A stretch of 64,000 nt of DNA from Longimicrobiales bacterium (GTDB lineage: Bacteria; Gemmatimonadota; Gemmatimonadetes; Longimicrobiales; Gaopeijiaceae), in the NCBI GenBank assembly GCA_965218295.1, contig CBDCKN010000015.1:64001-128000 (forward strand). The letters run 5' to 3'. Each line of letters starts with the position of its first letter. Positions within the stretch are counted from its first letter, which is position 1. Under the pieces are notes generated by a model, which was given only the letters and a program-made list of their open reading frames with translations, searched no databases and was not told the origin of the DNA. Both the position numbers and the translations under genes were made by a program. Below are positions 1 to 10,095 of the stretch, piece by piece.

Positions 1-262
1 TGTGCTGGACCCGGCCGAGCTCGACTTCCCGTACGAGAGTCCGGCCAGCTTCCGGGATCTCGAGAGCGAGGCGATGATCCCCGTCGTTCCCGATGAGCTC
101 GACGCGGAGTACCGCCACCTGATCCGAGAGCACACCAGCGAGCTGGAGCGTCTCTTCACCGGCAGCCGTATCGACTACACGGTTCTGGACACGTCCAAGC
201 CGTTGGACTACGCGCTCTTCCGCTATCTGTCGAGCCGCGAGAAGCTCAGCAGGGTGCGCTGA
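1..262 (+). CDS. DUF58-family protein, C-terminal part (truncated by window edge)
   Basis: LDPAELDFPY...FRDLE...IDYTVLDTSKPLDYAL is typical of a DUF58 C-terminus; stop overlaps the BatA-domain gene start (TGATG). Confidence 0.75.
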   Translation, partial: VLDPAELDFPYESPASFRDLESEAMIPVVPDELDAEYRHLIREHTSELERLFTGSRIDYTVLDTSKPLDYALFRYLSSREKLSRVR

Positions 263-2390
263 TGGGATGGCTCGCCCCCCTCTTCCTTCTCGGCCTGGCG
301 GGGTTGGCGATCCCCGTCCTGGTGCATCTCACCGAGAGACAGCGCCGGAACGTGGTCGAGTTCCCCTCGCTCATGTTCCTCCGGAAGATCCCCTACCGCT
401 CAGTCCAGAGAAGGAAGATCCATCACTGGATCCTGCTCCTCATCCGATCCCTGGCCCTCGCCCTCCTGGTCGCGGCCTTCGCTCGCCCGTTCTTCCAGAA
501 CGCCGAGCTCGCGGTGGGCTCGACCCTCGGTCCTCGGGAGGTCGTGATCGTGCTGGACCACTCGTACTCCATGGGGTACGGCGATCGTTGGGAGAGGGCC
601 ACGAGCGAGGCCCGGCGACTCGGTTCGGGCTTCGATGCATCGGACCGTGTCAGCCTGGTACTTCTCGGACAGGGCGCGTCGGCGGTGGTCCGGTCGAGCT
701 CGGATCGGCAGCGGCTTCTCACCGCCGTGGACACGGCAAGCGTGAGCGCCTACCGCACTCGGTTCGGGCCCGGCCTGAAGCTCGCCCAGACCATTCTGGA
801 GGAGTCCGAGCTACCGAACCGGGAGGTCGCCATCATCAGCGACTTCCAGCGCTCCGGATGGTCCGGGGACGAAGGTGTGCGGTTCCCGCGAGGGACGGTG
901 GTCACCACGCACCAGATCTCCGATGCGGAGACTCCCAACGCCACCGTGGCGTCAGTCACGCTTCGACGAGACTTCTTCTCGGGCCATGAGCGCATGACAA
1001 CCACCGCTCGCGTGACCCGGCGTCAGGGTGCCGACGCCGTCGAAATCCCCATCGTCCTGGAGATCGACGGTCAGGAGGTTCAGAGCCGGAGCATCCGCTT
1101 GGATCCGACGGGGTCGGCCACCGTCACCTTCGACCCGTTCACCCTCTCGGAACCCTATACCCGTGGGACCGTCCGGCTCGGACCCGACGAGCTCCCGCAG
1201 GACAACGAGCTACACTTCGTGCTCTCCCCCGGACGGGCTCTGCGCACCGTCATCCTGGAGGGCACGGGGGCACGCTCCGAGGCCAGCCTCTATATGCAGC
1301 GTGCTCTGGAGATCAGTGAGGAAGCCGCGTTTCAGGTCGACGTCCGACGCTCTGCGAACATCGGCACCGCCGATCTGGACGCGGCCGCCGTCGTGGTCCT
1401 GAACGACATTCGCCTCCCGCAAGGGGCGACGTCGGACCGGCTACGGAGATTCGTGGAGACGGTGGAGGCCTCCTGGTCGTGCTCGGGGAGCGCAGCACCT
1501 GGCAGGCCGGGATGGAGGAGCTGCTCCCCGGCCAGTTCGGAGTGGCCACGGATCACGTTCGCGGTGTCGCCCGGCTGGGGTTCCTGGACTACTCCCACCC
1601 GGTCTTCGAGGTGTTCTCTGGCCCCAGAAGTGGAGACTTCGCGCGGGCGCGCTTCTTCCGCTCACGCAGCATCACGGTGGGGCCTGAAGATCAGGTTCTG
1701 GCGCGCTTCGACGATGGGTCGGCGGCCCTGGCGGAGCGCCGGCTGGGCGAGGGACGTGTGGTAATGTGGGCCAGCACCCTGGACGCGTTTTGGAACGATC
1801 TGGCGGTTCAGCCGGTCTTTCTGCCATTCATGCATCAGCTCGTGCGGTACCTCGGGGGTCACCGGGAGCGCGTGCCATGGTTCACGGCCGGTCAGGTTCT
1901 CGACCTTTCGGATCCGGAGGGAACGGCGTTCGCCACAGGGCTGGAGGAGGAGCTCTCACTGGACGAGGAGCAGGTCGCGCTTACACCCGGGGGCGGTAGC
2001 GTTTCGCTGCTTCCGGGAGAGACACCACGGTTCCTCGCCCTCGACGAACAGGGCTTCTATGAGGTTCGGCACCCCGGCACCGATCCGGCCAGGCCGTTCA
2101 CCGTAGCCGTGAACGTGGAAGTGGCAGAGTCCGAGCTCGCGGCGATGGATCCAGCGGAGCTGGCCGCCTCGGTGTCGCCGAGAGAGGCGGACACCGAGGC
2201 TGGGGCCGCAGGCCTGTTACCCACTGAAGTCAGGGCGCAGGATCACGAACACCGGCAGTCCCTCTGGCGGTTCCTACTCGCCGGAGCGCTGGTCCTGTTG
2301 TTGGCCGAGACCGCCGTGTCGAACTGGCTTTCTCACGCTGTGACGAGGAGATTCGAGGAGGGGGGGGAACATGTACCACGGAAGACATAG
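262..2390 (+). CDS. BatA/VWA-domain membrane protein with a glutamine-amidotransferase-like C-terminal region; frameshift near 1460
   Basis: N-terminal BatA motif (IPVLVHL...FPSLMFL...AFARP), VWA MIDAS DHSYSM and ISDFQ. ORFs 262..1764 and 1479..2390 join with one base missing near 1460 (VET-GGGLLVVLGE). Confidence 0.8.
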
Positions 2391-5300
2391 GGCCATCCGC
2401 CACGCAGAGGTCCTTCATGTCGTCCAACGGATTCGGCGACGTTGGCGTGCCCGCATCGCAGTGCGCGGCATGGCTATCGTGCTGGGCGCGAGCCTCGCAG
2501 CGTTTCTGATCTCGGTATATGGCCTCGAGCTTTTGCGATTCAGCGCTCCGGCCGTGGTATCCCTCCGGATCCTCCTCTGGCTCGCGGTCTCTGGGCTCGT
2601 GGCCCGCTTCCTCGTCTGGCCCCTTGCGCACCGGGTCTCCGACGAGCAGGCGGCCCTCTACCTGGAGGAGAACGAGCCCTCCCTCGAGACCGCCGTGTTG
2701 AGCGCCCTGGAGGCCGGAAGCGGCGGTGCGAACACGTCCGAGGCTCTCGAGGGTCGTCTCGTCGACAACGCCCTGGACCGAGCCCGGAAGATCGACTACG
2801 GTCGAGGGATCGAGCAGAAGGGGCTCTACCGGGCGTCCGGAGCCTTGGCCGCCGCCGCGTTCGCCACGCTTGCTCTCATGCTGCTGGGACCGGTCCAGCT
2901 CCGCCACGGCGCCTCGGCCCTCCTCTTCCCGACCCGGGACGCGGGTACGGTGAACCCCTACTCCATCACGGTGGAACCGGGCGACGTGACCATCGCCCGG
3001 GGATCCGATCAGCTCGTGGTGGCCCAGCTCTTCGGGTTCGCGAGCGACGAGGTCCAGGTTTTCTTCAAGTCCGAGTCGTCGGACGTGTTCGATCGACTCT
3101 CCATGCTTCCGGACGAAGCAGAGCGATTCGAGCTCCTCCTCCTCGGCCTTGACGAGAACACCGAGTACTTCGTGGAGTCCTCAGGCATCCGGTCGGACAC
3201 CCATCGCATCGAAGTGGCCGATCTGCCGTATGTGGACCGTCTCGAGCTGGAGTACCACTTCCCGTCGTACACGGGCCTCGCACCGCGCACCGTAGAGGGA
3301 AGAGGCGACATCGCCGCCCTCGAGGGGACGCAGGTAAAGGTGAAGATCTTCCCCACCATGCTCACGCCGGGTGGGCGTCTCCTGGTGAACGGGGAGCCTG
3401 CAAAGCTCACCGACGTCGGAGACGGGACGTGGTTGGGCAGCCTCAGGGTCGAGCGTGAGGGATACTACGAGATCGAGCTGGCCCGGGCGGATGGCGAGCT
3501 GGTCCCCGCGTCGCCCAAGTACACCATCGACGTCCTGACCGATCAGCCGCCCTCGGTGTCGTTCTCCAAGCCCGGACGGGATACAAGGGCGAGCCCCATC
3601 GAGGAGTTGTTCCTCGAGGCCAAGGCCGACGACGACTTCGGTATATCCGAGCTGGCCCTGATCTACTCGGTGAACGGGGAGCCCGAAGACACCATCTCCC
3701 TGTTCGACAGCCAGCCCATGCCCGAGGTCACGGCAGGACATACCCTCTACCTGGAGGAGCTCGAGCTCGAGCCCGGCGATTTGGTCTCGTACTACGCCCA
3801 GGCTAAGGACAACAACCGGTCCAGCGGCGTCCGCACGGTCACCAGCGACATCTACTTCGTGCAGATCCGTCCCTTCCGCATCGACTACCGCCAGGGGCAG
3901 CAAGCTGGTGGCGGCGGTGGTGGCCAAATGGACGAGCGAGGCCTCTCGGACCTCCAGCGGCAGATCGTGGCGGCCACCTTCAACCTCGTCCGGGACAAAG
4001 AGGAGCTCCCCGAAAGCGAGTTCAAGGAGAACGTGGTCAGCGTTCGACTGGCCCAGGCTCGCGTCTGTGAGCAGGTGGCGGGGCTACAGAAGCGTCTCGT
4101 GGCCCGCAGGATGGGGGCGGACCCACAGTTCCGGCGCATCGCGGAGCTCCTTCCCAAGGCCATCGAGGAGATGGAGAACGCCGAGAGGATCCTGGAGGAC
4201 GGTGAGCCCAGGGAGGCCATCTCGCCGGAACAGAAGGCCCTCCTCCACTTGCAGAAGGCCGAGGAGACGTACGAAGCCGTCGTCACCCAGGGAGGGCAGC
4301 AGGGTGGGGGCGGAGGGGCGGGTGCATCCGCCGAGGATCTGGCGGACCTCTTCGAGCTCGAGCTCGACAAGCTCAAGAACCAGTACGAGACCCTGGCACG
4401 GGGCGAGCGCCAGCAGAGGACCGAGCAGCTCGACGAGACCCTCGAGAAGCTGAAGGAGCTGGCCAGGCGCCAGCAGCAGCAGACGGAGCGCCAACGTCGT
4501 GCGGCCGCCCAGGAAGGTGGCGGAGGAGCGGCCGCGCGGGGTCAGCGTAAGCTCGCCGAGGAAACGGAGGAGGCCGCGCGTCAGCTGGAGCGGCTTGCCC
4601 GGGAGACGAACGACCAGCGGCTGATGGAGGCCTCCAGACAGCTTCAGCAGGCCGCCGACGATATGCGCCGCTCGGCCGCATCGAGCGGGAACGCGGGCAC
4701 GGCGGACGCCACCTCCGCCCTCGACAGACTGGAGGAGGCCCGCCGTCGTCTGGAGCGGAACCGTGTCGACCGCTTGCGTGAGGACGGCGAGGACGCCCTT
4801 CGGCGGGCAGAGGAGCTGTCCGACGAGCAACGCGAGATCCAGAGGCAGATGGATCGTCTCAACGAGCTGGAAGGCGCAGCCCTCCAGGAGTCGGCCAGAC
4901 GCCTGTTCGAGCGCAAGGAGGCCATGACCGAGGAGCTCACGGACCTCGAAGGCCAGATCGATCGCCTGAGCGCCGACGCGCGCTCGAGCCAACGAGAGGC
5001 CGCCGAAGGGCTGAGGGAGGCCGCCAACTCCATCCGGGATAACAAGCTCAAGGAGCGCGTGCGCTACTCGAGAGGTCTCATCGGAACCGGTGACCAGGAC
5101 TACACGCGCGAATTCGAGGCCGAGACGCAGCGGGGGCTGGACGAGCTCGAGGATCGCCTCGAGCAGGCGGTCGGAGCCGTGGGCGAGCCGGAGGACGATC
5201 GCCGGGCCGAAGCGCTCGACCGCACCCGGGATCTGGTTCGAGGCATGGAGTCCATTTCACGACGCCTCGGGGAGCGAGGTGATCGGGGCCAGCAGGGGCA

Positions 5301-5829
5301 AGGCGAACGACAAGGCCAGGAAGGCCAGGAGCAGGAGGGCCAGGGACAGCAGGGTCAGCAAGGCCAGGGTAAAGGCCAGGGCGGCGACGGGCGGCTGGGC
5401 GGCTCAGACCAGGGCGGTTTCGGGACGCCCGACGGAGGCGGAGGGGGCCGTCGGCCCGGGACCGTCTCGCCGGGAGACATCCGCCAATTCCGCCGTGAAA
5501 TCCGAGAGCGGGTCCAAGAGGCCCAGGAGCTTCAGCGAATCTTGGAGCAGGAAGATCTCGAGGTGCTCGACGGCCGTCAGCTCGACGAGGTCGTAGCGGC
5601 CCTGAGGGCGTTGGACAGCGAACGCATCTACTCGGACGTAGCCGAGGTCGAGCGACTCCAGGCACAGATCATCGAGGGACTCAAGCAGCTCGAGTTTGGC
5701 CTTCGTCGTGAGCTGGAAGGGGAGGACCGCGATCGGGTCTTCGTCTCCGGGTCGGACGAGGTCCCCACGGGCTTCCGGAAGCTGGTGGATGAATACTACA
5801 AGGCCCTGTCGCGGAACCCTGGCAACTGA
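2371..5829 (+). CDS. Large membrane-anchored coiled-coil protein (DUF4175-like)
   Basis: Three N-terminal TM segments, Ig-like region with ADDDFGI motif, long E/Q/R coiled coil, C-terminal VPTGFRKLVDEYYKAL; RBS GAGGAGG. Confidence 0.7.
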   Translation: MYHGRHRAIRHAEVLHVVQRIRRRWRARIAVRGMAIVLGASLAAFLISVYGLELLRFSAPAVVSLRILLWLAVSGLVARFLVWPLAHRVSDEQAALYLEENEPSLETAVLSALEAGSGGANTSEALEGRLVDNALDRARKIDYGRGIEQKGLYRASGALAAAAFATLALMLLGPVQLRHGASALLFPTRDAGTVNPYSITVEPGDVTIARGSDQLVVAQLFGFASDEVQVFFKSESSDVFDRLSMLPDEAERFELLLLGLDENTEYFVESSGIRSDTHRIEVADLPYVDRLELEYHFPSYTGLAPRTVEGRGDIAALEGTQVKVKIFPTMLTPGGRLLVNGEPAKLTDVGDGTWLGSLRVEREGYYEIELARADGELVPASPKYTIDVLTDQPPSVSFSKPGRDTRASPIEELFLEAKADDDFGISELALIYSVNGEPEDTISLFDSQPMPEVTAGHTLYLEELELEPGDLVSYYAQAKDNNRSSGVRTVTSDIYFVQIRPFRIDYRQGQQAGGGGGGQMDERGLSDLQRQIVAATFNLVRDKEELPESEFKENVVSVRLAQARVCEQVAGLQKRLVARRMGADPQFRRIAELLPKAIEEMENAERILEDGEPREAISPEQKALLHLQKAEETYEAVVTQGGQQGGGGGAGASAEDLADLFELELDKLKNQYETLARGERQQRTEQLDETLEKLKELARRQQQQTERQRRAAAQEGGGGAAARGQRKLAEETEEAARQLERLARETNDQRLMEASRQLQQAADDMRRSAASSGNAGTADATSALDRLEEARRRLERNRVDRLREDGEDALRRAEELSDEQREIQRQMDRLNELEGAALQESARRLFERKEAMTEELTDLEGQIDRLSADARSSQREAAEGLREAANSIRDNKLKERVRYSRGLIGTGDQDYTREFEAETQRGLDELEDRLEQAVGAVGEPEDDRRAEALDRTRDLVRGMESISRRLGERGDRGQQGQGERQGQEGQEQEGQGQQGQQGQGKGQGGDGRLGGSDQGGFGTPDGGGGGRRPGTVSPGDIRQFRREIRERVQEAQELQRILEQEDLEVLDGRQLDEVVAALRALDSERIYSDVAEVERLQAQIIEGLKQLEFGLRRELEGEDRDRVFVSGSDEVPTGFRKLVDEYYKALSRNPGN
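5281..5450 (+). repeat. Gly/Gln-rich low-complexity coding repeat (QGQ units)
   Basis: caaggccagg/cagggccag units encoding GQQGQGERQGQEGQEQEGQGQQGQQGQG. Confidence 0.7.
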
Positions 5830-6252
5830 TGGCTGACGTCCCGGCCGGTCGCCATGTCCAGCAGGGTTCGGGCTGACACGCCGAGCTTCCATCGCAGAAT
5901 CTCGAGGAGGGAGGGGTCCGGAATCGGCCCCTCCCTTTCCTCCAAGTCCCTCTGCACCGCCTTCAACTGGTCGGCATAGAACACCATCATCGGCATCTCT
6001 CCGACACCCTCCAACTCCTCGATTCGCCTCTCGGGCTCGAGGTCGAAAAACCCCTGGAAGCTCGAGAAGGCCGATTCCGAAAGCATCAGATATTCCCGGG
6101 CCGGCACCGAGTTCTTGAGCATGCGATGGACGATGATGACGTCGAGTCCGAAGAGCTTCTCGAAGCGATCGATCTGCTCGACGGCGACCTCGCCCGCATG
6201 CACCACCTGCTTGAGCCACCAGAAGGATACCTCTTGCGACTCCAGTCACCAT
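5796..6252 (-). pseudogene. DUF2652-like (nucleotide-cyclase-like fold) gene with large internal deletion
   Basis: C-terminal LKQVVHAGEV...KLFGLDVIIVHRMLKNSV..EYLMLSE. N-terminal MVTGVARGILLVA follows RBS GAGGAGGT in another frame and is directly abutted; the expected DISGYT-type core is absent. Confidence 0.6.
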
Positions 6253-6466
6253 CCCGCACCTCCTCAGCCGAGCTAGAAGAGGGCGGGGCGTCCTCGAACG
6301 CCACGCCCTCCAGGTGACTTCATACGTAGTACAAATACGTGACCTCTCGACCCAGTTCCTGTCCCCCGTTCCTGCGGCGACCGGATGCCTTACTTTCGTC
6401 AGGAGTAGAGCGGTAGGCGGGATCACGACGAGACGCCAACCAATCACACCCATAGGTGATTCAGCC

Positions 6467-7507
6467 ATGAAGATCGGTGTCCTGGTCCTCAACTTCGGAG
6501 AGCCCGAGCACGCCAGCCTGAAAGAGGTCGTTCCTTATCTGGAGCGCATCTTCACTCGGAACGCATCGCTGGAGCCGAAGAAGGGCAGGGCCAAGGGACG
6601 AGCCCGAGAGCTTGCCGAGGCCCGGGCCCCCGGATTGATAGAGGAGTACAAGGAGATCGGCGGGTCTCCGCTGAACCGGCAGGCTCGCAAACAGGTCCAC
6701 ATGCTCGAGCTCGCACTCAGGCGGCGAGGGCTCGACGTAAAGTGCTACTCGGGCATGCAGTTCACGGACCCGTCCATCGTCACGGCCGTTGACGAAGCCC
6801 ACTCCTACGGGGTGGAGAAGCTGGTAGCCCTTCCGGTCTATCCCCTCTGTGGAATGTCGACCACCGTGGCGGCGCTCGACGACGTACATGCCGCCCTCGA
6901 GGAACTCGAATGGGAAGTCCCGATTCGGGAGATCACGGGATGGCACCGCCACCCCGACTACCTGCGGCTTCGGGCGGACAACATCTTGGAGTTCGTCAGG
7001 CAGGAGGGCGTCGATCTACACGCCGCCGATACTCGGCTCGTTTTCTCGGCGCACGGCACGCCACTCAAGTACCTCGAGGACGGACCTCGATACGTGGACT
7101 ACGTCGAAGAGGCCTGTCGCATGATCGCCCGAGAGCTGGGCACCACCGACTACGTCATGGGATACCAGAACCACGCGAACCGACGCGTTAAGTGGACCGA
7201 GCCGGAGATCGACGACGTCGTCAAGGAACTCGAAGGAGCCCGGATCGTGGTCGAGCCGCTGAGCTTCATGCACGAGCAGTCCGAAACCCTCGCCGAGCTC
7301 GACGGCGAGCTCCGGGAGGTCGCCGAAACCGCAGGACTGGAGCTTCATCGCGTCCCCATCCCCCACGCCCACCCTCGCTTCGCCGCCCTCCTCGCCGACC
7401 TGGTCGAGGACGCTCTGCGACCCGAGCCGATCATGGGAGAGCTAGGACTGCGTCGCTGTCTATGTCGCGCGACGACGGAGACCTTCTGCCTGAACGCGGG
7501 GGATTGA
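6467..7507 (+). CDS. hemH: Ferrochelatase
   Basis: GVLVLNFGEP, YKEIGGSPL, FSAHGTP, W-EP and FMHEQSETLAELD motifs. Confidence 0.92.
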   Translation: MKIGVLVLNFGEPEHASLKEVVPYLERIFTRNASLEPKKGRAKGRARELAEARAPGLIEEYKEIGGSPLNRQARKQVHMLELALRRRGLDVKCYSGMQFTDPSIVTAVDEAHSYGVEKLVALPVYPLCGMSTTVAALDDVHAALEELEWEVPIREITGWHRHPDYLRLRADNILEFVRQEGVDLHAADTRLVFSAHGTPLKYLEDGPRYVDYVEEACRMIARELGTTDYVMGYQNHANRRVKWTEPEIDDVVKELEGARIVVEPLSFMHEQSETLAELDGELREVAETAGLELHRVPIPHAHPRFAALLADLVEDALRPEPIMGELGLRRCLCRATTETFCLNAGD

Positions 7508-7537
7508 GGACGACAGGGCGCAGCCGTTGACCGCCCC

Positions 7538-8794
7538 CTAGTGTCCCGTTAGCCGCCGGGCCAGCCGTTGAGCCTCGAGGATCCGGCCGGCGATGCCCGG
7601 CCTGGCCGAATAGTTGGAGCAGAGGTGCAGCCCGGCCGGTAGATCAAGGGCCGGCAGCGCATCCCAGCTCTCGTCCCAGGCAGGCATCCGAGTCCGGGAG
7701 ACCATGAGCGTCTTGGCTGCGTGTCCAGTGATTGTCTCGAATTCCTGGCAGGCGATCCGGCCGATCTCGTCGTCGGCACGATCCACCATCTCCGGGTTCT
7801 TCATTCCACCCAGGTACGTCGTGTAGAGACCCGAGCGCCCAAAGGAACTGTGGTTCCACGTCACGCCTCGGGTCTCGAACGGCTCCCCGAACGCCACCTG
7901 GTATCCGAGGCCGTGGAGGTCGGCTCCGGAACGCATGTGCACGACCGCCAGCGGGTTGTACCGGATTCCGGCGAGTGTGGCCGCCCCTTCGGGGGAAACC
8001 TCCTCAACGATCTTTGCCGCCTGATCCGCGGGACAGGTGAGCACAACGTGTGAGACCCGCACCGGGGGCTCCCCGTCGAGCACGACCTCCCAGCCGTCGC
8101 GGCTCTCTCGAAGAGCGCGCACCGGGCGGTCCAAGCGCACCCTGTCACCCAAGCGGGCTTGAAGGGCCCGGGGCAGGGCAGCCATGCCCTCGTGGAACGA
8201 GCACAGGGGAGCTTCATCGGCCCGCCCACCGGCCCTGATCATCCTCCACAGAATGCTTCGGCCCACGCCCATGTTCTTCAGCGTTCGTGCCAGCCCGTGC
8301 CGGGCGGGCATGCGGTCTGGGTCCGACCCGTAGAGCCCTCCGTAGAGGGGTCCGAGAAGCTCTCGGTAGGCGGTCTCCCCGAACTTCCTCCGCAAAAACG
8401 CGCCCGCCGTCTCATCGGCTCGTGGTCCCGACCGGAACGGCTCCATCAGGATGCGGGCCTTGCTCGACAGCGGCAGCAGGTCGGTGGCGATGGCCTGCCC
8501 AAGGGACAGGGGGGCCATCCTGAGCTTCCCTCTCGAATAGACGAATAGCGGAAGATCCACCGGAGCCGTCACCAGCTCTTTGGACAGCCCCACGGCCTCC
8601 ACCAGCTCCCGGAATCCAGCGGTGAGCCGAGCTCTCTGTGGTCCCAGCTCCACCTTCAAGCCGTCGCAGTCCTGGGACCAGAGGACACCACCAGGCCGCT
8701 CGGCCGCCTCCCATAGCACGACGTCGGCTCCCAGGCCGACGAGCTCGTGGCCGAGCACGAGGCCCGAGATGCCTCCCCCGACGATTCCTATCAA
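7538..8794 (-). CDS. hemY: HemY-type proto/coproporphyrinogen oxidase
   Basis: IVGGGISGL FAD motif, ELGPQ, GLYGSDPDRM, SFHEGMAALP; TTG start after AGGAG; convergent with hemH. Confidence 0.85.
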   Translation of the reverse strand: MIGIVGGGISGLVLGHELVGLGADVVLWEAAERPGGVLWSQDCDGLKVELGPQRARLTAGFRELVEAVGLSKELVTAPVDLPLFVYSRGKLRMAPLSLGQAIATDLLPLSSKARILMEPFRSGPRADETAGAFLRRKFGETAYRELLGPLYGGLYGSDPDRMPARHGLARTLKNMGVGRSILWRMIRAGGRADEAPLCSFHEGMAALPRALQARLGDRVRLDRPVRALRESRDGWEVVLDGEPPVRVSHVVLTCPADQAAKIVEEVSPEGAATLAGIRYNPLAVVHMRSGADLHGLGYQVAFGEPFETRGVTWNHSSFGRSGLYTTYLGGMKNPEMVDRADDEIGRIACQEFETITGHAAKTLMVSRTRMPAWDESWDALPALDLPAGLHLCSNYSARPGIAGRILEAQRLARRLTGH

Positions 8795-8895
8795 CTGGGC
8801 TCCTGACGTCCAGATTCGGTGCCGAGACGCCTTTCGCGATGGCGAAAAGATCCGTCCGAGTCTACTGCGCCTGTCGGAACTTTCAACAATCGGCC

Positions 8896-8960
8896 TTGAC
8901 TGTGCACGGCCCCAGAACCAAATTTAGGCTTTCCTAATTTATATGTTTGGGTAAACTCAA
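8896..8960 (+). promoter_or_regulatory. Putative sigma70 promoter with two tandem DtxR/MntR-like operator palindromes
   Basis: TTGACT at 8896-8901; TTAGGCTTTCCTAA at 8924-8937; TTGGGTAAACTCAA at 8947-8960; AT-rich patch just upstream of the MCO-ZIP operon. Confidence 0.65.
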
Positions 8961-8972
8961 CCGGTGTGTGAC

Positions 8973-10052
8973 ATGAGTAAGGACCAGGGCGACCATACGT
9001 CGACTGCCAATGGCCGCGAGCCGACCGAGGAATCCCCGTCGGGGATCTCGCGACGGGATTTGCTTCGCTCCGGCATGGTCGGGGCGGTGACCCTCGCCGC
9101 CGGCACGGGGGCGATCGCGCTCAACAACGCGGCAGTAGCCGAGACGGCCACAGAGAACCCGGGGCGCCCCCACGACCCAGATTTCATGGGAGCGGACGGT
9201 GACGTCGATCCGTCCATCTTCGACGCCACGGCCTTCCTCAAGGACTTCGACTATGGGACCGTCACCACACTCCCCGGAGGTCAGGTGCAGCGTGAATACG
9301 AGATCACGGCCGTCGACCGGGAGATCGAAGTGGCACCGGGTGTCTACTTCGCTGCCTGGACCTACAACGGCACCGTTCCAGGTCCCACCATTCGCTGCAC
9401 GGAGGGAGACTACCTCAAGGTCAACTTTACCAACGCCGGGAGTCACCCCCACACTATCCACTTCCACGGCATTCACGCCGCCGGCATGGACGGTGTCTTC
9501 GAGGTGGTGGAACCCGGCGCGACGTTCGTCTACGAGTTCGATGCCGCCCCCATGGGGCTCCACGTCTACCACTGCCACTCCATCCCCTTGAAGCGACACC
9601 TCCACAAGGGCCTCTACGGCGCGTTCATCATCGACCCCAAGGAGGGGAGGCCGGAGGCCAACGAGATCGTGATGCTGATGAATGGGTTCGACACCAACTT
9701 CGACGGTGACAACGAGGTCTACGCGGTGAACACGGTGGGCTTCCATTACCAGAAGCACCCCATCGAGATTCAGCAGGGCGAGTTGGTGCGCGTCTATCTC
9801 ATGAACATGACCGAGTTCGATCCGGTGAACTCGCTCCATCTGCATGGCAACTTCTTCCGGCTGTACCGAACCGGCACCGATCTGGAGCGTTACGAGTGGA
9901 CGGATACGGTCATGCTCTGCCAGGGCGAGCGGGCGGTACTGGAGTTCACCTACGATCTCCCGGGGAAGTACATGTTCCACGCCCATCAGAGCGAGTTCGC
10001 GGAGCTGGGTTGGATGGGGATCTTCGACGTCAAGCCGAGGACGATGACCTGA
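8973..10052 (+). CDS. Tat-exported two-domain multicopper oxidase (type 1 Cu site in the N-terminal domain)
   Basis: SRRDLL Tat motif; HPHTIHFHG, YHCH...H...L in domain 1; HLHGN, FHAH in domain 2. Confidence 0.88.
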   Translation: MSKDQGDHTSTANGREPTEESPSGISRRDLLRSGMVGAVTLAAGTGAIALNNAAVAETATENPGRPHDPDFMGADGDVDPSIFDATAFLKDFDYGTVTTLPGGQVQREYEITAVDREIEVAPGVYFAAWTYNGTVPGPTIRCTEGDYLKVNFTNAGSHPHTIHFHGIHAAGMDGVFEVVEPGATFVYEFDAAPMGLHVYHCHSIPLKRHLHKGLYGAFIIDPKEGRPEANEIVMLMNGFDTNFDGDNEVYAVNTVGFHYQKHPIEIQQGELVRVYLMNMTEFDPVNSLHLHGNFFRLYRTGTDLERYEWTDTVMLCQGERAVLEFTYDLPGKYMFHAHQSEFAELGWMGIFDVKPRTMT

Positions 10053-10095
10053 CGGGTCCCGCGGCCTGTTGAGATCCGAGGAAAGGTATATCGCC

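Noticed and set aside
1440..1480. Programmed ribosomal frameshifting at split genes
   Set aside because: No slippery heptamers seen. The shifts fall at arbitrary positions in unrelated families.
8973..10052. nirK assignment for the copper protein
   Set aside because: Four HxH pairs indicate a trinuclear-site oxidase rather than the mononuclear type 2 site of NirK.
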